From contig NC_043003.1 of assembly GCF_006345805.1 (NCBI RefSeq), positions 27,962,001 through 28,026,000 on the forward strand: DNA of 64,000 nucleotides. Reading direction: 5' to 3'. Under the pieces are notes generated by a model. It saw only the letters and a list, made by a program, of their open reading frames with translations, did no database searches and was not told the DNA's origin. The DNA is from Octopus sinensis (taxonomy: Eukaryota). Both the position numbers and the translations under genes were made by a program. Positions 40,141 to 52,289 of this stretch are shown here, in pieces; the first letter of the stretch is position 1, and each line of letters opens with the position of its first letter.

Positions 40141-40624
40141 CATACATACATACAAACATATATTTATTGCAGTGTGTGTTGCAGTATGCGTATGAATGTA
40201 TGTTTGTATATATGTGCACTCACACACTCCCAGAACCCTGGCTTTACAACATACAGTCTTAAATATGTGCCATGTTTGTTAATCTGATGTTGTCCAGTTA
40301 AGCATAAATCTACCATGGTAAGGATTACGATTATATCGCTGTCTGCACTGACCTTGTTTATGAGATAGCCTGTGGAGAAGGACTATGCAAGTTCAAACTG
40401 AGATCACAGCTTGCCGAGATTATCTGCGATTATGTCTGCATGTGTTTAAGAGTGACATAGTTGTGAGAAAGTTTACAGTCGTAAACTGCTGGATTGCCAC
40501 AACCCTTATCTGAATATTTCTACTACCTCTTACTATATGGCAGTATAATATGTTACACTATGTTATTCTGTAATAATTCTACTGAGTTCTGCTGTTCTGC
40601 AATTTACTCTATTTTTCCAATGTA

Positions 40625-41515
40625 TTGAGTCATCCCATAAAAAATACGGGTTTTTTAATTGCTTGAATTAAAAGTCGGAGGGGGACAGGATAAACTACCT
40701 GCATCAACTTGCTATAAAAGCAGGTAGTAATTTTACCTTGTCCTTATTCTTTGTGCAAGTTTTGAAGAGTGCAGTTTGATGTTAACAGTTATTTTTTTTA
40801 GAGCATATTTGGCATATTTTGCTTTATGAGTTCAATAAAAGCAACAATAAAAGTGTGTGTAATATTAATGCAGTGTATGGGAACCGGACAATAAGCATAA
40901 GCCTGTGTCAACGGTGGTTCCAGAAATTCTGAGCTTGGAACTACAGCCTAGAAGACAAGCCTCATTCTGGAAGATCTGTAGAGCTCAATTAGGATGTCCT
41001 GCAAATCCTCGTAGAACAAAATCCCATTGTAACTGTCGTGGCCCTAGCAGAGAAGCTTGGATTTGGTTATTCAACCATTCATTGACACCTGCATGCTATC
41101 GGAAAATGACCATCTTTGGTTTCAAGACGAAAGGTGTTCTTCCATAAGGATAATGCTTGCCCACATACAGCAAGGATGACATTCCAAAGGCTGGAGCAGT
41201 TTGAATGGGAAACAATGTCCCATCCACCATATTTGCCAGACATTGCCCCATCTGATTATCATTTATTCCACAGTTTTCAAAATCATCAGGATAGAAAAAA
41301 TATGAATTCTGTTGACGAGGTCTGAACAGTACTGGAGGAATATTTTTCATCACAGACAAGTGAATTTTGGAGGAGGAGCCTGCAAGTCTACCAGATAGAT
41401 GGAATATCATTATAGAAAATGAAGGAGAGTATATTTTAGATTAAAAAAGAACTTTATCTTAATTTTGAAAAATAAATGAAGTGTAAAAAACTGCATTATT
41501 TATGGGATGACCCAA
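40625..41515 (+). mobile_element. Internally deleted, non-functional mariner (Tc1/mariner) transposon
   Basis: TIRs ttgagtcatcccataaaaaatacgg and ctgcattatttatgggatgacccaa, with a TA TSD at 40623-24 and 41516-17. Broken transposase: N-terminal HTH (CQRWFQKF...LEDKPHSGRS) joined directly to HKDNACPH...HPPYLPDIAPSDYHLF. The central part carrying the first catalytic Asp appears to be missing. Confidence 0.92.
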
Positions 41516-43202
41516 TATATTTGGATTGAATATTCAGTTGTTTGATTGAAACTAAACTAACAGGCCTGGTTCATTGAATTGGTACATTAGTGGCTGAGTA
41601 TTCAACAAACATGTGTACTATTAGCACATTTTGTTACCATATTTCCGTTGAAATATGTTACCTTTGCTTAATTAATTTTGAGAATAATGAAGAATTTATT
41701 GAAATAACTTTTCTCATTATTATTGAACTGAAATTTTGAAGAAAGATTTTTAGATCACTATAAAACATGAAGATTGTCTCATAGAAGCAGGAGAGCTCAC
41801 AGGCAGGTTGGCATAATTCAATTAGTATTTTAGTAGCTTGGTAACCTTTTGTTACCATATTTTTGTTGAAATACACTTTTGGACAGAATATTGGAGTGTC
41901 AGGAAAAATGCTCAGCAGTGTTTCTTCGAACTCTTTATGTTCTGAGTTCAAATGCCACCAAGGTTAACTTTGCCTTTCATCCTTAATAAAATATGTATCA
42001 TTTGAAGGGGGGGATGTGGGGAATGTAATTGACTTCCCTAATAATTATCAGCCTTGTGCTAACATTTAAAACCATTAATTATGGAGAATATCTCACCTAT
42101 TCAGAAGGACAGGTGAAACTATTGATAAATTTCTCACCAACAGATTTAGCACTTGAAGTTGAATTATCTAATTATTGCTAATAATTTGTAAATGCAAGGC
42201 AGCGAGGTGGCAGAATTGTTACCATGCTGGAAAAAGTGCTTTGTGGCATTTTATTATGATTTTATGTTCTGTGTTCAAATTCCGCCAAGATCGATTTTTG
42301 CCTTTCATCCTTTTGGGGTTGATAAAATAAGTGCCAGTTAAATGCTGGAGTTGATGTCATAATTGATTTACTCCCTCCCCTGAAATTGCTGGCCTGGTGC
42401 CAAAATTTGAAGCCAATCTTATAAGGCAGTAAACTGGCAGAAATGTCAGGGGCAGGGTCAGTAAAATAAGTAGCAGCTGGGCACTGTTGTTGATTTAATA
42501 GATTTACTCCTTCCTCCAAATTGCTGACCTTGTGCCAAAATTTGAAATCACGAATTCATAAATGTGATAGCACAAGGCAAATGTAAGAAAGGTACTATAT
42601 TTGGAGGGTCATCAAAGAATGTCTTCCAAAATTTGCTTTGATTTTCTGTTTTCTGACTCAACTCTGCCTTTTATCTTTTTGGAGGTCAGTGGTAAAAGGC
42701 ACCAATCTCAGGTGACAGATATTGGTGGAACTGTTTAGAGAGCTGGGAGAGATGCCTTGAAGTATCTGTTTTGGATTTTGTATTCTAATAGCAATGTACC
42801 AATCCCAAAATCACAGACTTTCTTTTGGTGAAACATCAGTGGCATGGAGAGGGGTCAAAGACTTGTATGCTTGGGTAACTAGCAATCTTCCTTAAAAAAA
42901 AAAAAAAAAAAACTGGTCCAAGTTCACACATCTACAGATGCATGGCCAACATTGACCACCAGCAGCCATATTAATGTAGTAGTAGCAGTAGTAGTGTAAG
43001 CCACTTGTCAGAACTCTTCTAGATGGAGGAGCACCTTGAAGTGTTTGATAAAACATATGGACCCTGGTACTTATTTTTTTAAAGATTCAGTACTTACTCC
43101 ATCAGTTTCTTTTGCTGAACCACAAAGTTATGAGGATGTAAACAAAGTGATACCAGCTGTCAACAGTGGTAGGACACACACATGACAAACTTCTTTCAGT
43201 TT

Positions 43203-43434
43203 CTTAATTCTTTATTGCCCACAAGGGGCTAAACACAGAGAGGACAAACAAGGACAGACAAAGGGATTAAGTCGATTACATCAACGCCAGTGCGTAACTG
43301 GTACTTAATTTATTGACCCTGAAAGGATGAAAGGCAAAGTCGACCTTGACGGAATTTGAACTCAGAACGTAACGGCAGACGAAATACCGCTAAGCATTTT
43401 GCCCAGCATGCTAACGTTTCTGCCAGCTCGCCAC
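43203..43434 (-). mobile_element. Meta-type SINE inserted into a family A SINE, 13-bp TSD
   Basis: CTTCTTTCAGTTT is duplicated at 43190-43202 and 43435-43447. The host SINE spans ~43030-43545. Confidence 0.85.
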
Positions 43435-43909
43435 CTTCTTTCAGTTTTTGTCCACCAAATCCACTTACAAAGTTTTAGTTGGCCTGGGGCTAAAGTAGAA
43501 AATGCTTGTTAAGTGTGCTGTAGAGTAGGACTGAATCCAAGTCCATACAGCCATGCCTGCACCTATGAGATGGTACTATTTCACAGTAAAAGTAGAGGCG
43601 TGGTGTTGTATGACGTCCAAGATTGAGGTATGGTACTATTTGACAGTAAAAGTAGACGTGTTATTCTATAGCTGTGAGAATACAGGTGCGATGCTATATA
43701 ATGGTGAAACACACACAGAGAATTCTGGTGAGGAAAAGCTATAATAAAATCATGACATTATACAAGGAGAGAAACATAAGACAGTGATTGCAGGTGTTGT
43801 GTGAGGACAGTGATATCGGGTGAAACAGAAGGCAGAGATGTGTGATTAACATTTTATGCGTTAATAAAATCTTTGCAGTGAATGCAGAAGGCTTGAATTG
43901 ACTAAAGAT

Positions 43910-44000
43910 GAAAGAATGGCAAACGTGTTATGTGTGTATAAGAAGCGTATTGTTACACTGTCTAACTGTGAAATATGGGCAGTAAAAGCGTTGCTGGTGG
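43910..44000 (+). mobile_element. Decayed RTE-type LINE fragment
   Basis: Resembles the post-RT motif CVRS.LL.GSETWAV (gtataagaagcgtattgttacac...gaaatatgggcagta), with frameshifts. Confidence 0.4.
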
Positions 44001-44124
44001 ATGATTAAGTGTGTAAGCACACACTATTCATACCAATTTCAAAGACATCTACAGCACTTTAGCAGTTCTGTAATTCAGTCCATATTTTTCTGGTGCTATG
44101 TTCTCAATTTACAAGACTGTTCAA

Positions 44125-44480
44125 GATGCAAGTATAGCTGAGTGGTTAAGAAGCTTGCACCCCCAACTGCACAGTTCCGGGTTCAGACCTATTATATAGT
44201 ACCTTCCCGCCAACCAAAACCTTGTGAGTAGATTTGCTAGACAGAAACTGAAAGAAGCCCATTGTGTTTGTGTGTGTGTGTATGGTGCCATTATGTTGTT
44301 GTAAATGAGCATCACTATCATACAAGCAGTGTTGTTTGTTTCCAGTCTTCCATGAAAACATGTCTAGCCATGGAAGCAGGTAAGGGTTGGTGACAGGAAG
44401 GGCACCCAGTCTTAGAAAGTCTGCCTCAACAAAATTATGTTTGACCTATGCATGTATGGAAGATCAAGATGAACATCAAA
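44125..44480 (+). mobile_element. Chimeric SINE: family A head and core with a family B-type tail
   Basis: CORE-like 5' half followed by the ggaagggca.cc block and a catg...gatg tail. The same architecture occurs at ~46600-47050 (+) and ~56510-56930 (-). Confidence 0.65.
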
Positions 44481-45522
44481 ATAGTAGCAGTGGTGGTGGT
44501 GGTAGTGAAAGCATTATTGTTGTAGCTCTTAATTAAATTTAACTCTTCTCTGCTAATTTTTTTTCATTGTTTTACTTGCTGAATCTGGAGCAAGGGCAGT
44601 GCGCAAGACCTTTGCCGGCCCTTTGAGATCAGTGACTTTGATGGTATTGATGTTCCACTTAAACTGTTACAGGTCAACACCTGCCTGGAGAAGATCCCAG
44701 GTGGACATTGATGGTGTGTGAAGAAAGGATGTGGCATTGGGGGTTGATGGATGCAGCAAGGGTTACGTTTAAGTTACCTTCTGGAGTCATACTGACTCAT
44801 AAGGGCCAGTTTCCTGGTTTTCATGGCATATATATTCCCCACCAGGATGGGATGCCAGTCCATTGCAGGATTACTCATTTATGTCAGTTGAGTGAACTGG
44901 AGCAGTGTGAAGTGAAGTATTTTGCCCAAGAACACAATGTGTCACCTGGTCCAGGAATCAAAACCACAATCTTACAATCATGAGCCTAACACCCTAGCCA
45001 CTAAGCCACGCATCTCTGCATGCAGCAAGGGTGATGATATATGGAGAGACAAGTAGGACTGAGGTGTCTGAATGATGGAGGTGTAGGATCAACCAGATCT
45101 GAGGAACAGAGGCCATTAACCTTTTAGTATTTAACCCAGCCATATCTGGCCTAGATATTCTACTTGTTTAACCCTTTAGCATTCAGATTACTCTGTCAAA
45201 TGTAATATGATTATTCACATCATTTTGAATTAATCATACAGTATCTCATAACTTTGAGATTTCAATGACGTGACTTTTGATTTTTAGAATGACTTTATAG
45301 GGTAGGCGTGAGAGGCTGGATCTGGCCAGTTTGAGCATAAAACAAGCAGAATATTTTACTGGGTATGGCCAGTTTAAAATGTTGAAGGATTAATGCTCAA
45401 ACAGGCCAAATCTGGTCTCTTACACCTACTCTACAATGTCATACTAGAAGTAAACAATCACATCATTAAAATCTCAACACTACAAGATAATGCTTGATTA
45501 ATTCCAAGAGAATGTTAATAGT

Positions 45523-45975
45523 GGAGGCGCGTGGCTTAGTGGTTAAGGTGTTGGACTAATGATCATAAGATTGTGGTTTCGATTTCTGGACTAGGCGATG
45601 CATTGTGTTCTTGAGCAAAACACTTCGCTTCACATTGCTCCAGTTCACTCAGCTATAGAAATGAGTACCATGAGTGGAGTTATGTCACTTAATGGATAGG
45701 GGGTTGGGTTCACAACTGTAAGATTGTGGTTTTGGTCCTTTGACTGAGCAATCCATTGTATTCTTGAGCAAAACACATCATTTCATGTTGCTCCAGTTCA
45801 CTCAGCTGTAGAACAGAGTACCACTAGTATAGGTGCATTGCTTAGTCGTTAAGGTGTTGGATTCACAACTGTAAGATTATGGTTTCGATCCCTAGACCAG
45901 GTGATCTGTTGTGTTCTTGGGCAAAGCACTTCATTTCATGTTGCTCCAGTCCACTTAGCTATAGAAATGAGTTAA
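45523..45975 (+). repeat. Head-to-tail trimer of the family C SINE 5' half, 153-bp period
   Basis: Anchor aagatt(g/a)tggttt at 45567, 45720 and 45873, each followed by ttgtgttcttgagcaaaacac...ttgctccagt.cact.agct. Confidence 0.8.
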
Positions 45976-48900
45976 TCCTGGAGAGGGATAGTCTCTGCCA
46001 GGCTTTCTTGCCCTGGATACGCTGCATGACTGCAGTGACCCAACAACCCCCAAGGGGTTAAGGGACTTGTCAATTGTCATAATTTAATAGAATAATCTGA
46101 ATGGTAAAGGGTTAGAGTAGTGATAGAAAAGACATAGGACAGCATATTAGTGGACCAGAGGCTAGAGTATGCCCATTCATGATTGAAAGGCGTCCATTTG
46201 TGTGGCCTTACTGGGTACAGTCCAGAAAGTGTCTCTAATGAAATACAAATGCCTGTATGTTTAATTAATTTTCACACTAATCAATAAATTTCTCTTTTGG
46301 TGGGATTTTTGTAAAATAATTAATAACTTTGTCATTATTTAATTTAGTGTTTGGAATATATTTACATAAAAATTATGATTGAGTGTTTTAATTTAATTCA
46401 AATATGAATGCTTAAAATAAAAACAAACAAGATTTTTATGTGATAGCACCAAGGGTAGTCGAAGTTTGGTTGACACCGATAATGTTACAAGTGTCATCAT
46501 CATCACCTTCATTTGACATCTGTTTTCCATGCTGGCATGGGTTGTATGTGGTTGACAAAATTTGTGTGTGTGTGTGTGGTGTGTGTGTGTGTGTGTGGTT
46601 TATGCAAAACATTAGGGGTGGGTGGATGAGTGCTGAAAACAGAACAAATGTAGATTGTTTGCTTCCCACCAAGTTACATGGTTCCAGATTCTGTCCCTGT
46701 CTATGGAATCTTGGGCAAGAAATTTGTTGTAATTCCAGGCCAACAAAAACCTTGGGAATGGTTTTGGTTGATGGAAACTGAAAGAAGCACATTGCGTGTG
46801 TGTGTGTGTGTGTCTTGACATCACGTGATAGTTGTAAATAATGTCACTTTCATACAAGTAGTATCCTTAATTTTCAATATTCTGCGAAAAAATGTCTAGC
46901 TTTGGGGTAATATTACCTTGCTTAGAAACGAGGTGTGGGTTGGTTACTGGAAGGGCATCTTGCTGTAGTAGTTAATCTGCCTTAACAAATTTCATCCAAC
47001 CCGTGTAAGCATGGAAAAGTGGATGTTATTATAATAATAATAATAATGATGATGACGACAACGATGACGTATTAGTCGTACATGTTTACACATGTATAAG
47101 TTAACATCTACATGTTTTTAGTTGATTCCATTTCCATGGTAACAGTGTCGATGTCTCCCATAAACAAAACGTCTGGCAACTATTTGATATGTTAAGACAT
47201 GAAATAAAGTTCCCTTATCTTTTATCTTTTACTTCTTTCAGGCATTAGACTGTGGCCATGAAGAATTTTTAGTTGAATAAATCAACCCGAGTACAGTTTT
47301 TTTTTTTAAAGCCTGTGACTTATTCTATTTGTGTCTTTGGTTGAATCGTTAAGTTATGGAAACATAAAGACACCAACACTGATTGTCAAGTGGTGGTGGG
47401 ACACACAGACACAATAGGCTTCTTTCAGTTTCAGTCTCCCAAATTTAGTCACATGGCTTTGGTTGACTCGAGGCTATAATAGAAAACACTTCCCCAAGGT
47501 GCCATGCAGTGGGACTGAACCCTGAATCATGTGGTTAGGATGCAAGTTTCTTACCACACAGATTTAGTTGGAAAAAAATTTTTTAAAATAACAAGTGAGG
47601 GTTGGCATCAGGGAGAGCATCCATCTGTTGAATACTGTTTCAAAATGTCTCAGCCAACCCTTGCTAGCATAGGGGTGGGTGGATAGGAAATGACATCACT
47701 GATGATGATGAGGAGGAGAAGGAGGAGGAGGTGGATGATAATGGTGATATGTTGGTGGTGGTTATGGTGACAATGGTGATGATGATAATGGCAATGATAA
47801 TTATGATGATGATGATGATTATTAAGAGAATGATAATGATGCTGATGGTGATGAAGGCAGCAATGATATACAGTGTATGAACAAATATATTAATAATTCT
47901 CATTAATATCCTTTCCTGCAGACATTATCCAGTATCGTATCTCTGTAGCGATATCATCAACAAACTTAAGCCTTCTCCCATTATAAATTTATGCTGTGGC
48001 TTTGAGAGAGGCCTCTAAGTGGTCAGTGGACATGCTAGACAAGATAGACAAACTTCCCTCAAAAATCGCACAGTGCCATCTTAAACATGCAGCACTGATT
48101 AACAATGTTATCCTAGATGGATTGCCATGGTTGGAAAAACCTTTGAATATAAGTTTGCTTGATTATATCAGACTTTGGGCTAAACAACATCAGTGTATGT
48201 ATGTATGTATATACACATATTTGTGTGTGCTTATGGGTGTCTGTATATACATATATGTATATATATGTGTATATGTTTGTGTGTATGTTTATGTGTGTGT
48301 ATATATATATATATATATATTTGATTGTATGTGTGTGCTCCACTTCTGTATGTGTAATGTGTTAGTACTTTTTTTATTTATCTATGGTGAATTTAATCAT
48401 GTGTGTATGTTTATATGCGTGTATATGTATGTGCATGTGACTACATGCATATATGTGTGTTTATATCTGCATTTGTATCAATGCAAATGCACACACATGC
48501 ATATATATACATACACATGCATGCACATGCACACACACACTTGAATACATGCCTGTTTTTGCATGTGTGTATATGAAGCATATATATGTATATATATGTG
48601 TGTGTGTATGTGTGTCCTTATGTATGTAGCTGCTAATTAGTTGTGATTAATGCGGTATTAATAATTTCCACTTAACATTCCCTTCTCCCATGAGATATCC
48701 CATGCTGTATCTTATTGAGATAACCCCATTATCACATACCAATCCATTTCTGAACAGGACTCCCTCCTCCCACACATATCGCAAACAATCATACATGTCC
48801 ACACATACGCATATACATACACACATAAACATATACATGTTATCTCTTTCACACACATACACACACACACACTTTATCTTATTTGTGTAAATTTCTTTTC

Positions 48901-50287
48901 TCCTCTCTAATCAATGATTTTCATGATTATTGGGGGTTTGTGATGACAATGGTGGTGGTGGTGGTAGTGGTGGTGATGGCGGTTATGATGATGTGTATGG
49001 TGATCATGATGGCTGTGATAATGATACCAATGGTTGTGGTGGTTGTGGTATTGGTAGTGGTGGTTGGGTAGTAATAATGATGGCTGCAGTGGTGGGTTGT
49101 GCTGGTGGTGAAAGTAAAGGCAACATTTGTTGCAGTAGTTGTGGTTGGTGTAGCAGTGGTTGTAGTAATGGTAGTGATGGTCGTATTAGTGGTGTCAATG
49201 GTCTTGGAGGTTGTAGTATTGGCGGTAGTTACAATGATGATAGTAATGATGGTGCTAGCAGTAGGAATACTTTTGACAGTAGTAGTGGAGGGAGGAGGGA
49301 CATTGTAATGAATGATAATGACTGCAGTGGTGGTGGTGATAATAGTGATGATGATGGTGATGGTGGTGAACGTTTGTAGTAATGGTCACAATGATGGCCG
49401 GTGGTTGTAGTGGCAGTTGTGATGGTAGCAATGATGATGATGATGATGATAGACATTGCTGGTGGTCAAGGCTGTTTAGACAGAGGGCAGCCATGACAGT
49501 TGTGGTAGCAAAGGAGACTTTTGAAGTAAATCAAAATGAAATGGAACAGATTAAGGAGCTTCCCCACCCATTCTCTTTCTCTCTACTCCCCTCCTACTAC
49601 TTCCTCTTTTCCTCCTCTCCTCCTTCCCTCTTTCCTCCTATCTCAAATTGAAACTAAAAACAACAAAACAAAAACAAAACAGTTTAAGTCTTCCCAGAAT
49701 TCCTTTCAATAGTCAGGTGAAAAAGTAAAATAAAAGAAAAAAGAGAAAGAAAAGAAAAATACTTGACTTTGTCTCTTTAAGGCAACGAATGGCGTCACAG
49801 TGTCTGAAGCACATATATATGATTATTTGGCCTCTTGGCAGGACCAATTTGTGATGTGTTTGCCACAAAAGATCTACAATTGGTTTGAGAAATACATCAA
49901 GAATTTTGTTTCTTACATCAATATGGATTTAGTGTAGTATGTCTTGGAAAACTTAGATGAAAACATTGAAGAATTTTTGAATTCGTGGGGGCTGGGGCAT
50001 TTCAAGAGAGGTGCTGTTGTGGCCTTCTAGGCACAGACATGGCAGTGTGGTAAGAAGTTTGCTTCTCACCGACATGGTCCCACTGTATGGTACCTTGGGC
50101 AAGTGTCTTCTTCTATAACCCCAGACTGACCAAAGCCTTGTGAGTGGATTTTGAAGAGAAAAACTAAAAGAAGCCCATCATGTACACACACACACATATA
50201 ATATTAGGGAATATAACTCCAAACTTACAAGGAAAAATTCAATTTAGAATTAAATCAAATTTCACAATATAAATATATGATATATAA

Positions 50288-50500
50288 ATTAGAGAAAAAC
50301 CACTATTATGTAATTCAAACAATGATAGACATAAACCAAATCATAAATAAAAAATAAAATATATTTAAGACATATAACTAGATTTCATTTTTGTACTCTT
50401 TGTGATCTAGTTATGTTTTAAAATATATTTTATTTTTTATTTATGATTTTAGTTTAGGTCTATCATTGTTTGAATTGCATAATAATGGTTTTTCTCTAAT
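50288..50500. repeat. Long inverted repeat (~96-bp arms, 21-nt loop)
   Basis: 50288-50383 is the near-perfect reverse complement of 50405-50500. Confidence 0.9.
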
Positions 50501-51509
50501 ATATATATATGTATATAATTTCATCAAGTTGACCTGCTAATCCCTACAGATCTTTTTTCTCTCTCTGTTTTTATTTCATTCTGACTCCTTTCTGTTTAAA
50601 AGACATAGGCTCAAAACTTAGAAGGCTTTTCCATTCTTCCTAAGGGTCAAACTAATACACCTGCTTGTTGTTCCCTCACCTGTCTTCATCTTGTTTTCTG
50701 TAAATTTGAACTATATGTATATATGCGCTCGTGCACATGTGCGTACACACACACACACATTTGTATATATCTATGTATGTGCATCATTGTGTTTCTGTTA
50801 GCCCCACCCACACACACTGCTTGACAGCCAGTTTTGGTTTAAATATTTATTTATGTCCTTAAACTTAGTGGTTCTGCAAAAGAAACTGATAAAATCAGTA
50901 CTTTAAAAATAAAAAAAGTACTGGTGCTGATTTGTTTGACTAAAAAACCTTTTTTCAGGGTGGTGCCCCAGCATGACCTGCAGTTCAGTGACTGAAACAA
51001 GTAAAAAAATAAAAGACAATAAATAAATGCTATGTGAAAATGCTATATCAATATTCTACAGACCGAAGTGTTACTCTTGTCTAGAATTAGCCCATGGCTA
51101 TCTTCATTGGTAACCATTGGAAGTATGTATTAACAGTTGTAGCTATGCATTAGTTCTATGTGCCTATTACAAAAGTAATGGAGACTGTTTTTATAAACAA
51201 CTATATAGGCACAGGTGGGGGTTATGTGGTTAAGAAGCTTGCTTACCAACCAAATGGTTTTGGGTTCAGTCCCACTGTACAACACCTTAGGATAGTGTCT
51301 TGTACTATAGCTTCAGTCTGATTAATGCCATGTAACAGAATTTGGTAGGTGAAATCTGCAGAAAACCCATTTTGTGTATCATCATCATGTAAGATCCACC
51401 TTCCATGCTGGCATGGGTTGGATGGTTTGACTGAAGCTGGTCAGACAGAAAACTGCACTACACTCCTATGTCAGTTTTGGCACAGTTTTCAAAAGACAGA
51501 TCGGTAGTC

Positions 51510-51675
51510 ACTACACACATTTTTTTCTCTCTTTGTTTTTTTTCTGTGTCCCTTTCTGTAGAAGAGTGTAGGCTTGAAATGTAAAAGACTTTTTCAATTC
51601 CTGAGCGTTATACTAATACATCTGTTTGTTTTGTACACCACCTGTCTTCGTCTTTTGTTTTTTCGTGACCTCTCC

Positions 51676-51678
<3 letters not shown>
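51510..51678 (+). mobile_element. Penelope-like short element, second subfamily, hammerhead-like motif, ending in (TA)n
   Basis: Motif cttt-ctgtaga-a-gag-tgtagg-ctt-gaa-atgt-a-aaag at 51552-51587. A degraded sister copy lies at ~50565-50711. Confidence 0.55.
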
Positions 51679-51725
<47 letters not shown>

Positions 51726-51732
51726 TATATAT

Positions 51733-51789
<57 letters not shown>

Positions 51790-52289
51790 ACGTCTTTATG
51801 GTCTGTGTTTGTCTCCAACTATCACTTGACAACTGGTGTTGGTGTGTTCATGACCTCATAATTTAGCGGTTCAGCAAAAAGAGATTGATAGAATAAGTAC
51901 TAGGCTTTAAAAAAACAAAAAAAATCAAAGTGCTGGCATCAGTTTGTTCAACTAAAATCTCCAGTGTGGCCGCAATCAAATGACTGAAACAAGTAAAAGA
52001 TAATAATAATAATAATAATAATAATAATGGTAATTTATGATAATAACAATAATCTCGTTTATTGGCTATGAGGGCCCTAGACATGGAAGACAATATCAAG
52101 GGAAGAAACACAACATACAAAACAGGTGGGATTTACATTGATCAAGGGGGACACTACACATTAAAAGATATAAGAAAAGGATGTATATATGTGTTTGTGT
52201 GTGTGTGTGTATGTATGTGTGTGTGTGTGTGTATGTATATACAAATTAGAAAAATAAATATTTAATAAAATAGTATCCCTAATAATGGG

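Noticed and set aside
43569-43655. Short ~62-bp-period duplication (atggtactattt.acagtaaaagtaga)
   Set aside because: Only two copies and no further structure; an ordinary local duplication.
48930-49379. Gly/Cys/Asp-rich 149-aa ORF resembling a structural protein; also the poly-His ORF at 10320-10895
   Set aside because: All frames and both strands are open over cryptic GGT/GAT/AGT repeats, and similar tracts are scattered through the window.
49935-49937. A-to-I rescue of the in-frame TAG to Trp in the FABP-like segment
   Set aside because: The stop aligns with the Lys/Thr position of G-x-W/Y rather than the aromatic one, so editing would not restore the motif. There is no evidence for editing.
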